DNA of 64,000 nucleotides from a virus: the IMG/VR virus record IMGVR_UViG_3300034111_000335, positions 54,887-118,886 of that record. One strand, given 5' to 3'. The notes beneath the pieces are model-generated. The model made no database searches and was not told the origin of the DNA. It worked only from the letters and a program-made list of their open reading frames with translations. The position numbers and the translations under genes were made by a program. The stretch's first letter is position 1. Each line of letters opens with the position of its first letter. Positions 57,387-64,000 of the stretch are shown here, in pieces.

Positions 57387-57888
57387 AAGTTAGTATATAA
57401 GCTGGTTTAATTGTTGTTGTGATGCTTCCGTTGATGTCAACTGTTTCACTCCTACACTCAAAGGTTTTAAACTTGTAACCTGCTTTAATAAAGAAGTTAA
57501 GCGAAGTTAAGTTATTCGCTTTAACTCTTGTAATTACAGTTACAAAATCTTTTGTCTCTTCATAGATAGATTTAATAACATAATCTATGAGAAAACTTGC
57601 ATAACCTTGTCTTTGATACTTCTCTGCTACATGAATAAAGTTAATACGATAGCATTCTTTTTTCTTTCTCATTAACATTACAGCTACTATATCTAGTCCG
57701 TCTTGGATAGCGTGTACTGTTAAATTAGGGTCGTTAAACGACTTGTCCGTAAATTGTACTCCAAAATGATCTGAAATAAACTGAAAATACTTAAGATCTT
57801 TTCTGTTGTAATAAGAAATTTGAGTTAGCATAAATAGTTTTAGTTTCGTGTTTATAGATAGCTCTTTTATAAAGCTCTCTGAAAGCAA
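57349..57888 (-). CDS. GNAT-family acetyltransferase
   Basis: IHVAEKYQRQGYASFL (acetyl-CoA motif A) and N..SLNFFIKAGY. The true start is probably downstream of 57888. Confidence 0.8.
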   Translation of the reverse strand: MLSESFIKELSINTKLKLFMLTQISYYNRKDLKYFQFISDHFGVQFTDKSFNDPNLTVHAIQDGLDIVAVMLMRKKKECYRINFIHVAEKYQRQGYASFLIDYVIKSIYEETKDFVTVITRVKANNLTSLNFFIKAGYKFKTFECRSETVDINGSITTTIKPAYILTYDYGKQNPFKQD

Positions 57889-58027
57889 ATCTATTAATAC
57901 CTAAGTGTCTTCCTGCTCTTTCATAGCTGTATCCTAAATCATCTCTTAAGATAAGGGCAGCATATTGTCTAGGAGTAAAACCTTTTAGGTCTAGTTTGAG
58001 AGGGGTGCTTTGATCGTTGGATGACAT
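57791..58027 (-). CDS. Small sigma70 region-4-like HTH protein
   Basis: FTPRQYAALILRDDLGYSYERAGRHLGI..RELYKRA. Start position uncertain. Confidence 0.6.
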   Translation of the reverse strand: MSSNDQSTPLKLDLKGFTPRQYAALILRDDLGYSYERAGRHLGINRFAFRELYKRAIYKHETKTIYANSNFLLQQKRS

Positions 58028-59025
58028 AAGTAGTTTTCTAAGATAATGTCGTTAACAGAACTGCAAAAGATTCCATCTCTAACCTGTACAGTAGGTAACG
58101 GATAAGGTGTTCTTGTAATCTGTTCTTGGGCTTGTTCAATATGATTGAGATAAAGATGAGTGTCGCCTAGGTTACCTATTAGTTGGTCAGGTATCATATT
58201 AACCTCATCAGCAATCATAGTTAATAATAAAGCATAAGAAGCGATATTAAAGGGAAGACCTAAGAATGCATCTACTGAACGCTGATTCCACATTAAAGAG
58301 ATTGCTCTGGTTGGTATGTTAGCTTGAGTTAAAGCTGTATCAATAGTATTTTCTATTGCGTCTTCTAAGTTCACTTTTATGAATGGTACGTCTATTTTAT
58401 TTTCAAACTTAGAGTTATAATTTTCTACTCTTTCTGCTCTACTCAACTCTCTTGTATAAACTTGAAATCCATAATGACAAGGAGGAAGTACCATATCTTC
58501 AAGAGCATCTACATTCCAAGCACTAACCATTAATCTTCTAGAGTCTGGATTGTGTTTAAGATTGTGGATTAGACTTTTAATCTGGTCAATTGAACCTCCT
58601 GCTAAGTCTGTTGAAGGCCATTTTCTCCACTGAGCACCATAAATAGGACCTAATTCACCGTATCTAGCAGCAAAGTTAGGGTTAGTCTTGATTTGTTCTG
58701 CAAACTCTTCTATGGTGTAAGCGTCTTTATTATTTGATCTTGCTTCACGATAAGATTTGTAAGCGTCTCCTGTCCAGATATTACATCCGTTATCTAAGAG
58801 ATACTTAATGTTTGTGTCACCTTTTAAAAACCACAGTAACTCAGTTACTATTGTCTTCCAGGGCATCTTCTTAGTAGTTAAGAGAGGAAATCCCTCACTC
58901 ATCCTGTGTCTGATGGTGTAACCAAAGATTGACTTAGTACCTGTTCCTGTTCTATCTGACTTCTCTATTCCGTAATCTAAGATAGATTGGAGTAGAATTT
59001 GGTATTGTGTGTCTATGCTGTTCAT
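57991..59025 (-). CDS. thyA: Thymidylate synthase
   Basis: DRTGTGT, FPLLTTKK, ELLWFL, GPIYGAQWR, SRR, LPPCH, QRSVD, GLPFNIASY, GDTHLY. Confidence 0.97.
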   Translation of the reverse strand: MNSIDTQYQILLQSILDYGIEKSDRTGTGTKSIFGYTIRHRMSEGFPLLTTKKMPWKTIVTELLWFLKGDTNIKYLLDNGCNIWTGDAYKSYREARSNNKDAYTIEEFAEQIKTNPNFAARYGELGPIYGAQWRKWPSTDLAGGSIDQIKSLIHNLKHNPDSRRLMVSAWNVDALEDMVLPPCHYGFQVYTRELSRAERVENYNSKFENKIDVPFIKVNLEDAIENTIDTALTQANIPTRAISLMWNQRSVDAFLGLPFNIASYALLLTMIADEVNMIPDQLIGNLGDTHLYLNHIEQAQEQITRTPYPLPTVQVRDGIFCSSVNDIILENYLCHPTIKAPLSN

Positions 59026-59309
59026 CCTTTAAAATCTGAGTACTTAAGTCCCCACTGTACGTTAACCCACATCATCTCTTTCTCTGCTAATCCCTTATTC
59101 ATTTTTAGTTTTTCTCTAAGATAAGCGACTCCCCACTTTCTCCACTCTTCTGCTTGTGCAGTAGTCATAGTCCAGTCAGTAAACCAATCGTCTTTACGGT
59201 CTTTAATGTCATCAAATGTAACATCATGACCTGCAATGATAAACATCTGATTGATGATGTCAATCAATGCTTGTTCTCGTTTTTGTTCTCTACTCATTCG
59301 TTTTGCCAT
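59022..59309 (-). CDS. Hypothetical protein
   Basis: 95 aa. DWFTDWTMT..QWGL, loosely similar to 50584..50907. Confidence 0.55.
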   Translation of the reverse strand: MAKRMSREQKREQALIDIINQMFIIAGHDVTFDDIKDRKDDWFTDWTMTTAQAEEWRKWGVAYLREKLKMNKGLAEKEMMWVNVQWGLKYSDFKG

Positions 59310-59599
59310 AATTCGTAAATGCTATTTGTTGTTGCAAACTTAATGTAGTTTTCTTTCTGTTCCAAGATCTCTGTAACAGTAGTGGTCATCCAGGTATAAG
59401 ATATTCTTTGAGGATCTAAGATAAGAGACCTACCTACTGCAGCTTCATCATGTAATTTTTTAAAAGTGCCATCTTCGTTCCATTCAATCCACCCAGCTTT
59501 GTGACCTACGTTAGATAAGCCATCTCTTTCTCTGACTAACTTGTATCTGAAGAGATCCTCTACGTTTAAGTTTATTTTAACTTGTTCTATTTTACTCAT
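59294..59599 (-). CDS. Hypothetical protein
   Basis: 101 aa. YTWMTTTVTEI..FATTNSIYEL. Confidence 0.6.
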   Translation of the reverse strand: MSKIEQVKINLNVEDLFRYKLVRERDGLSNVGHKAGWIEWNEDGTFKKLHDEAAVGRSLILDPQRISYTWMTTTVTEILEQKENYIKFATTNSIYELWQNE

Positions 59600-59600
59600 G

Positions 59601-59867
59601 TCATTTATATTTAAATAAGAACTTAAGACATCCTTTATATATTAGTAGTCTGCATATCCACTTAGGTAACCAACCAGCCATATACTCGTCTGTCTTAGTT
59701 AGTATGTATACTTTGTAGACTTCGTCTCTATCATGGTGATCTTCACTCTCACTGAATTCAATAGTAGCCCACTGACCTCTAGCCCTAAAGTAGAAATAGT
59801 GTTTTAAGAACCAGCCTTCTGCTTGTACTGGACAGTTACCTGCTGGTTTATATTTCCATTTGATCAT
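59601..59867 (-). CDS. Hypothetical protein
   Basis: 88 aa. GNCPVQAEG..FYFRARG. Confidence 0.6.
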   Translation of the reverse strand: MIKWKYKPAGNCPVQAEGWFLKHYFYFRARGQWATIEFSESEDHHDRDEVYKVYILTKTDEYMAGWLPKWICRLLIYKGCLKFLFKYK

Positions 59868-60114
59868 CTCTAATCTGTATTAGTTCTTGTTTTATCTCTT
59901 GGTACATTTCTATTACCTTTCTGTTTTGCCAAGCATGATGTTCTAATGCTTCTATAGTCTTGTCTACAGAAATTAGAGAGCAAGTAATCGCTTCATTATA
60001 CCTTTTCTCACAGCTTAGTAGTCCTTCTTTATGTGACCCATTGTTAGGCAACTGATAATAAAAGTCATTAATCAGCTGCCTAGCTGGTGTTGGGTTAATA
60101 ATATCCTCTATCAC
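59848..60114 (-). CDS. Hypothetical protein
   Basis: 88 aa, GTG start preceded by GGAGGAGGTGA. Confidence 0.55.
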   Translation of the reverse strand: MIEDIINPTPARQLINDFYYQLPNNGSHKEGLLSCEKRYNEAITCSLISVDKTIEALEHHAWQNRKVIEMYQEIKQELIQIRDDQMEI

Positions 60115-60485
60115 TACTCACCTCCTCCGTAGGTTTCGTTGTAGTATTGGTCTGCTACTTCTGCTAAAACATCACCATTTCTATACTTACCCATAACATT
60201 TAGTACAAACATCACCATTTCCTCTTTGTGCATTTCTTTGGCTTCTCTAATTTCTTCTTGATGGTCTATGTAAAAAGTAATTGCTTGTGGTATGCCTAAC
60301 TTCATTGCTAACTTGCCACATAGAATGTCCACTGCCGTGTGTTGTTTATTATTTAGCATCTCCGTAGGTTCTGCCAAAGTTCTTTTTCTATTTTGACATC
60401 CGTTTTCATCACAATAATTCATTGTACATTTTTGTTCTGGGGTTTCACAAAACCCGTGTGGTGTTTGTTGTTTATTGTTTGTCAT
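60114..60485 (-). CDS. KQQTA-family small protein
   Basis: MTNNKQQT start, internal MLNNKQHTAV, AKEMHKE, ends QYYNETYGGGE. Confidence 0.65.
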   Translation of the reverse strand: MTNNKQQTPHGFCETPEQKCTMNYCDENGCQNRKRTLAEPTEMLNNKQHTAVDILCGKLAMKLGIPQAITFYIDHQEEIREAKEMHKEEMVMFVLNVMGKYRNGDVLAEVADQYYNETYGGGE

Positions 60486-60901
60486 TGCTCACCTCCTCCG
60501 TGTTCTGTATGTTTAATTATGATTATTTCTTTACCTCTTAATTCTGCATCTTCTATTTGTTCCTTCTCCATTTCAAGCAAAGATTGCGCTAAGTCAATAG
60601 CACTTTCAAATGCCATAACACCACCTTCAAGCATATCATTAGGCATACTGTCTGCATTTTCAATTATGTTTTTCTTTCTATCAATAAGTCCATTGATTAA
60701 AGTTTGCACTGCCGTTTGTTGTTTATTGTTATTTGCCAAAAATTCGGATAATTCAATTTTGTCTTTAACTCTTTGATTCCAATCTACTACTTTGGCTTGG
60801 TACAATAAAGGTATAAATTCATTTATTTGCTCAACAGATAACTTTAATGCTATTTTATCCCAAAATCCTTGTAATGCCGTTTGTTGTTCTTTGTTTTTCA
60901 T
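60482..60901 (-). CDS. KQQTA-family small protein
   Basis: MKNKEQQTAL start, internal NNKQQTAV, EMEKEQIEDA, ends HGGGEQ. Confidence 0.65.
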   Translation of the reverse strand: MKNKEQQTALQGFWDKIALKLSVEQINEFIPLLYQAKVVDWNQRVKDKIELSEFLANNNKQQTAVQTLINGLIDRKKNIIENADSMPNDMLEGGVMAFESAIDLAQSLLEMEKEQIEDAELRGKEIIIIKHTEHGGGEQ

Positions 60902-61095
60902 AATTCATTTATTTTGGAATATCCTACACATAACATAGCAATTAAAGGTGCAAAAAATGCATATCCCATTCTTAATTCTTTGTCCCAATGAGATGCGTTC
61001 AAATCCCATACTCCAAATGATATAATGAGATATATGAATATCAATGATAAAAAGAATGTTAAGTATGCGTTGGTTTGTTGTTTATTGTTTGTCAT
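60898..61095 (-). CDS. Small membrane protein with MTNNKQQT leader
   Basis: 65 aa, two hydrophobic helices. Same first 23 nt as the gene starting at 60485. Confidence 0.6.
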   Translation of the reverse strand: MTNNKQQTNAYLTFFLSLIFIYLIISFGVWDLNASHWDKELRMGYAFFAPLIAMLCVGYSKINEL

Positions 61096-61306
61096 TGTTT
61101 GTCTCTTTAACCCAATAAAAGTCTAGTAAGGTTCTCATAAAGAATCTCTTAATAAAGTTAGGTTTACTATAGGTAGCAAATGAAACACAGTATGCTCGAC
61201 TTTTACTGCCTAAACAATACCATCCTACTGTTTTTTTTGGCTTGGGAAAGCTTGCAATTTTATCTTCTAATATCTCTCGTAATGAATCTTTGTTAATTGG
61301 TGTCAT
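61082..61306 (-). CDS. Hypothetical protein
   Basis: 74 aa. KPNFIKRFFMRTLLDFYWV. Confidence 0.55.
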   Translation of the reverse strand: MTPINKDSLREILEDKIASFPKPKKTVGWYCLGSKSRAYCVSFATYSKPNFIKRFFMRTLLDFYWVKETNNDKQ

Positions 61307-62042
61307 TGTTTTCTAAGTTTTCTAGTTGTTTTTTTAATCTTTCAATACTACCCCAGATAATACCTGCATTAGGATCTAGTTGCTTAATCTTAGCTACTAG
61401 CTCTTCTTGTGCACCTCTAGAGTAAAACCCTTGTTCTATGTCATCTGCTAAGTTTTGTAAGTGCATAGGAGCATATATAGAGATACGTAGGTCATAACTG
61501 TGCCACTTAGTCTTCCAATCTATAAAGGCAATACCTTTAGTTAGTTTTTTAAGTAAGTTATGCAAGGTCCAGTTACGAACTCTTACAATAGATTTATCAC
61601 AACCAAACACATGTAAGAATCTAAGAAACCACCTGGGGCAGAATTTAGGCTTAGCTTCATGATCCATAGCAAGTACTAAAGGATAAAGAGCATTAAAATA
61701 ATCACCTTCTTCATTCCATAGATGTGTTCCTAAGTAACCATACTTCTCAAATCCTTTGGGAAAGAAGATATAGCGGAAATCATCTAATTCAATGTTACGG
61801 GTGAATATCATACCCCTTTTTCTTCCTCTCCAGAAGAGAAAGAAATACTTAATATTCTCTAAGCGCTCTTCTAAGGTAGGAGGCTTATAAAATTTACTGT
61901 TTTTGTCTATTTTACCCATGTTTTCTTTTCTTTTTTTAAATTCTTTGCGTTGTTCAACTCTTTCTTTAAGTTTTGCAAGTGCATCAGACTGATAGATCTC
62001 TCCAAACTCGCCATTAAGAAATCTTTCTTTTATGTTAGTCAT
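61293..62042 (-). CDS. Hypothetical protein
   Basis: 249 aa, aromatic and basic. AKPKFCPRWFLRFLHVFG. Confidence 0.6.
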   Translation of the reverse strand: MTNIKERFLNGEFGEIYQSDALAKLKERVEQRKEFKKRKENMGKIDKNSKFYKPPTLEERLENIKYFFLFWRGRKRGMIFTRNIELDDFRYIFFPKGFEKYGYLGTHLWNEEGDYFNALYPLVLAMDHEAKPKFCPRWFLRFLHVFGCDKSIVRVRNWTLHNLLKKLTKGIAFIDWKTKWHSYDLRISIYAPMHLQNLADDIEQGFYSRGAQEELVAKIKQLDPNAGIIWGSIERLKKQLENLENNDTN

Positions 62043-62053
62043 AGTTTTAAGAT

Positions 62054-62078
62054 AAAAAAGCCCTCGATTAAGAGGGCT
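62054..62078 (-). terminator. Rho-independent terminator
   Basis: AGCCCT..AGGGCT hairpin followed by a T tract on the - strand, overlapping the stop codon at 62068. Confidence 0.65.
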
Positions 62079-62415
62079 CTTGAAATTTTAAGTAGTTGTC
62101 TAGATATCCTTGTATGTTATCTCTTCCTACAGGATTCTGAGAGTGTACAAAGTACTTTGGTAGCTTAACTGCATTATTCATGCAGTATTCTATAAGCCAT
62201 TTTGCACAATCTAACCCTGTTAACTCTGTGCCTAAGTCGTGATCAAGAGACATTCCATCAGGCATAGGATTTTCAGTTAGATAGTTTACAAATTCTCTGT
62301 AACCTTTTACCCAAGTAACTTTTACATTTTCACCAAAGATAACTGTAATCCAAACTCTGAATTGTGCTTGAGTAGGATTACGTAAGTCATCAAGCCAAAG
62401 AATTTCCTTTGTCAC
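62068..62415 (-). CDS. Stand-alone cyclic-phosphate-processing receiver-like domain
   Basis: ILWLDDLRNP..WVK..SLDHDLG..TGLDCAKWL..VHSQNPVG..NI. Confidence 0.75.
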   Translation of the reverse strand: MTKEILWLDDLRNPTQAQFRVWITVIFGENVKVTWVKGYREFVNYLTENPMPDGMSLDHDLGTELTGLDCAKWLIEYCMNNAVKLPKYFVHSQNPVGRDNIQGYLDNYLKFQEPS

Positions 62416-62641
62416 CGTTAGTAGTTCTTTTAGTGTTTGTTGACCTACGCTTAGCGTTGGCTGCCTTACGTTTTTTACGCTTAACGGCTTTTTGAATATC
62501 TTCCTCTACGTGGTCATAAGTAATATCACTATGTATAGGGTATCTTTCTTTTTTATCTGTACGATACAGTAAGTAAAGAATGATTATACCTATAGCCGAA
62601 GCTCCAAATAAGATTGCTAAGCCTGTGAATATGCTTTCCAT
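62390..62641 (-). CDS. Small membrane protein
   Basis: N-terminal TM and basic tail. Confidence 0.55.
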   Translation of the reverse strand: MESIFTGLAILFGASAIGIIILYLLYRTDKKERYPIHSDITYDHVEEDIQKAVKRKKRKAANAKRRSTNTKRTTNGDKGNSLA

Positions 62642-62871
62642 TATTTCTGACTTAAGTCTATGGAACCTGTAATGAAGTTAAGTTGTTCTGTGAGATGCAT
62701 CTCTCCATAAGCATTGTCTACTTCATACGTCTTAGCAATCTTTACTACCTTCTCTTCGATTTGTTTTTCTAGTGTTTCATCGTGAAGTTGAGACCAAGAG
62801 TCTCCGTTTTTAATACAAATCATTAAGATGTTAGCGTTGTGTTTGTCGATCTGATAGTTTACCCGATACAT
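62641..62871 (-). CDS. Hypothetical protein
   Basis: 76 aa ORF with TAATG overlap. Confidence 0.55.
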   Translation of the reverse strand: MYRVNYQIDKHNANILMICIKNGDSWSQLHDETLEKQIEEKVVKIAKTYEVDNAYGEMHLTEQLNFITGSIDLSQK

Positions 62872-62873
62872 AA

Positions 62874-63077
62874 TTAGTTTAGCTTTGTGTATTTTCTACT
62901 GATTTTTCTTTGTTCCCAAATTAGATGTAATTGCCACCTGTACCATTTGATTAAGTCTATACCTTTCTCGTTACAGTGGTCTATAAACTGAGGAGTCATC
63001 TTACCTTTAAGAGATACTACCTTTTCCATGGCTGTCGGACAATTGATCATCATCTGCAAATATACTACAAATAACAT
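62874..63077 (-). CDS. Hypothetical protein
   Basis: 67 aa ORF, start uncertain. Confidence 0.45.
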   Translation of the reverse strand: MLFVVYLQMMINCPTAMEKVVSLKGKMTPQFIDHCNEKGIDLIKWYRWQLHLIWEQRKISRKYTKLN

Positions 63078-63237
63078 CGTTTGTTACTTCTTGTTCATTG
63101 ATTTCGAACAAAGTAAATACACTTGGTTGATTTTTAAACTGTTCTAATTCAGCCTTAGCCGCAGCAAAGTCTGCTTCAATTAGAATGTCTAGCTCCCTAA
63201 TGAGCTGTTCTGCTGATTTTTGTTGGTTTGTTTTCAT
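63007..63237 (-). CDS. Hypothetical protein
   Basis: 76 aa. Starts MKTNQQKSA, similar to the KQQTA leader. Confidence 0.5.
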   Translation of the reverse strand: MKTNQQKSAEQLIRELDILIEADFAAAKAELEQFKNQPSVFTLFEINEQEVTNDVICSIFADDDQLSDSHGKGSIS

Positions 63238-63293
63238 TGTTTCTGTATTTTTAGTGTAGATGTGTGATTTTGTTTTGATCGTAATTCTTTAAG

Positions 63294-63587
63294 TTATCTG
63301 ATACCCACTCCGTTGTCCAATGGTACTTCGATTACTTGTACTCCGCAATGGTCTGCGTTATCCCATAAAGTTGAATCATCACAATTTAGAATCTCTAATA
63401 AATGCCTTGCTTCTTCTTCTGTTGTTTCTTTGGTGTTGTAGATGATGAGAGTTCTTTTTGTAGTAACGGGTGCCAAATTCATAAGATGTTTTTTTACCAT
63501 TTCTTGTGCGGTATCTGGGTTATTCTCATAGTAATTTTTGATTGCCTCGGCAGTGTTTAGCAATTGATGTTGTGTAAATAGTTTCAT
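63294..63587 (-). CDS. Hypothetical protein (MKLFT start)
   Basis: 97 aa. ATGA overlap preceded by GGAGGTAAGCA. Confidence 0.55.
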   Translation of the reverse strand: MKLFTQHQLLNTAEAIKNYYENNPDTAQEMVKKHLMNLAPVTTKRTLIIYNTKETTEEEARHLLEILNCDDSTLWDNADHCGVQVIEVPLDNGVGIR

Positions 63588-63820
63588 TGCTTACCTCCTT
63601 GTATTTTATTACGCATCCAAGTTGCACCACCTAAATAAGATACATCGTAAGGGTCAAATTCATCAAACTCCATACCATCCAACTCCATCATTTTTTTTAT
63701 CTCCTCATCACTTGGTAGTTGAACTGAAGGAGCTGCTAGTATTAAAAAGTCAGCAGTCAATCCTGTATATTGGCTTTTTTCAATCATTTTTTTTACTTGT
63801 TCTTCTGTGTATAGTTTCAT
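63584..63820 (-). CDS. Hypothetical protein (MKLYTEEQV..LPSDEEI..GATWMRNKI family)
   Basis: 78 aa, ends GGKQ, with ATGA overlaps at both ends. Confidence 0.6.
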   Translation of the reverse strand: MKLYTEEQVKKMIEKSQYTGLTADFLILAAPSVQLPSDEEIKKMMELDGMEFDEFDPYDVSYLGGATWMRNKIQGGKQ

Positions 63821-63999
63821 TTCTCACCTCCTCCGTAGGTTTGTTCGTAGTATTGTTCACCAGTTATTGGTAATGTACTTTCAGGATAATCAATTCCATG
63901 AACTGTTCCTTTGTTGTATGCAGTTTCAATTCTTTCCTTCTCCATTTCTTTGCATTGGTCTGCATAAGATTCTATCATTTCAAGATGTTCTTTACTCAG
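63817..63999 (-). CDS. KQQTA-family paralog, partial (start outside window)
   Basis: Manual translation ..DQCKEMEKERIETAY..EQYYEQTYGGGEK*. Shares its C-terminus with 60114..60485. Confidence 0.65.
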   Translation of the reverse strand: MSKEHLEMIESYADQCKEMEKERIETAYNKGTVHGIDYPESTLPITGEQYYEQTYGGGEK

Positions 64000-64000
64000 T

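Larger units (their letters stand above)
60114..63860 (-). repeat. Dispersed junction repeats (CAATGACAAACAATAAACAACAAAC and ACCTACGGAGGAGGTGAG)
   Basis: Identical 25-mers at 60463-60487 and 61073-61097. Variants near 60331, 60708 and 60874. Gene-end motif near 60117, 60488, 63590 and 63823. Confidence 0.8.

Noticed and set aside
58310-58460. Intein or intron in thyA (extra ~45 aa between PPCH and QRS motifs)
   Set aside because: It is a short in-frame insertion with no intein C/S..HN ends or endonuclease motifs, and it falls in a variable region.
60114-61100. CRISPR array or DGR template/variable repeats
   Set aside because: The repeats are in-frame coding, irregularly spaced and degenerate. 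There is no reverse transcriptase or cas gene and no clear adenine-specific mismatch pattern.
43206-63873. Plus-strand ORFs within the minus-strand block (e.g. 60393..60776, 48421..48681, 63622..63873)
   Set aside because: They are antisense shadows of well-supported minus-strand genes.
1-64000. Stop-codon reassignment (TAG or TGA), known in some crAss-like phages
   Set aside because: The standard code yields intact multi-kb ORFs with dense packing. TAG ends thyA at its expected C-terminus and TGA is used in ATGA overlaps. No suppressor tRNA was seen.

Overview
A 64 kb segment of a crAss-like (Crassvirales-type) phage genome, probably infecting a Bacteroidota host (TAnnTTTG promoter boxes, A-rich leaders without Shine-Dalgarno). 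The standard genetic code gives full-length ORFs. The + strand (1-37.9 kb) carries tail genes, small basic and internal virion proteins, a run of giant cargo (ejection) proteins including a single-chain two-barrel virion RNA polymerase (DFDIDK), an ADP-ribosyltransferase-like gene, a lysis cluster and a metallophosphoesterase. The - strand (37.9-64 kb) carries replication, recombination and nucleotide genes (PolA, primase, DnaB-type helicase, AAA ATPase, SSB-like, UNG, ThyA, dCMP deaminase, GroES), a peptidase next to an SCM-motif protein, and an array of small paralogous ORFs. The most striking unexplained pattern is in four consecutive cargo proteins (about 7,100 aa). They are almost cysteine-free except for Cys at the termini that face each other in gene order, which suggests a head-to-tail, possibly disulfide-linked, ejection chain into which an effector can be plugged. 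All family calls come from motif recognition by eye, not from database searches.
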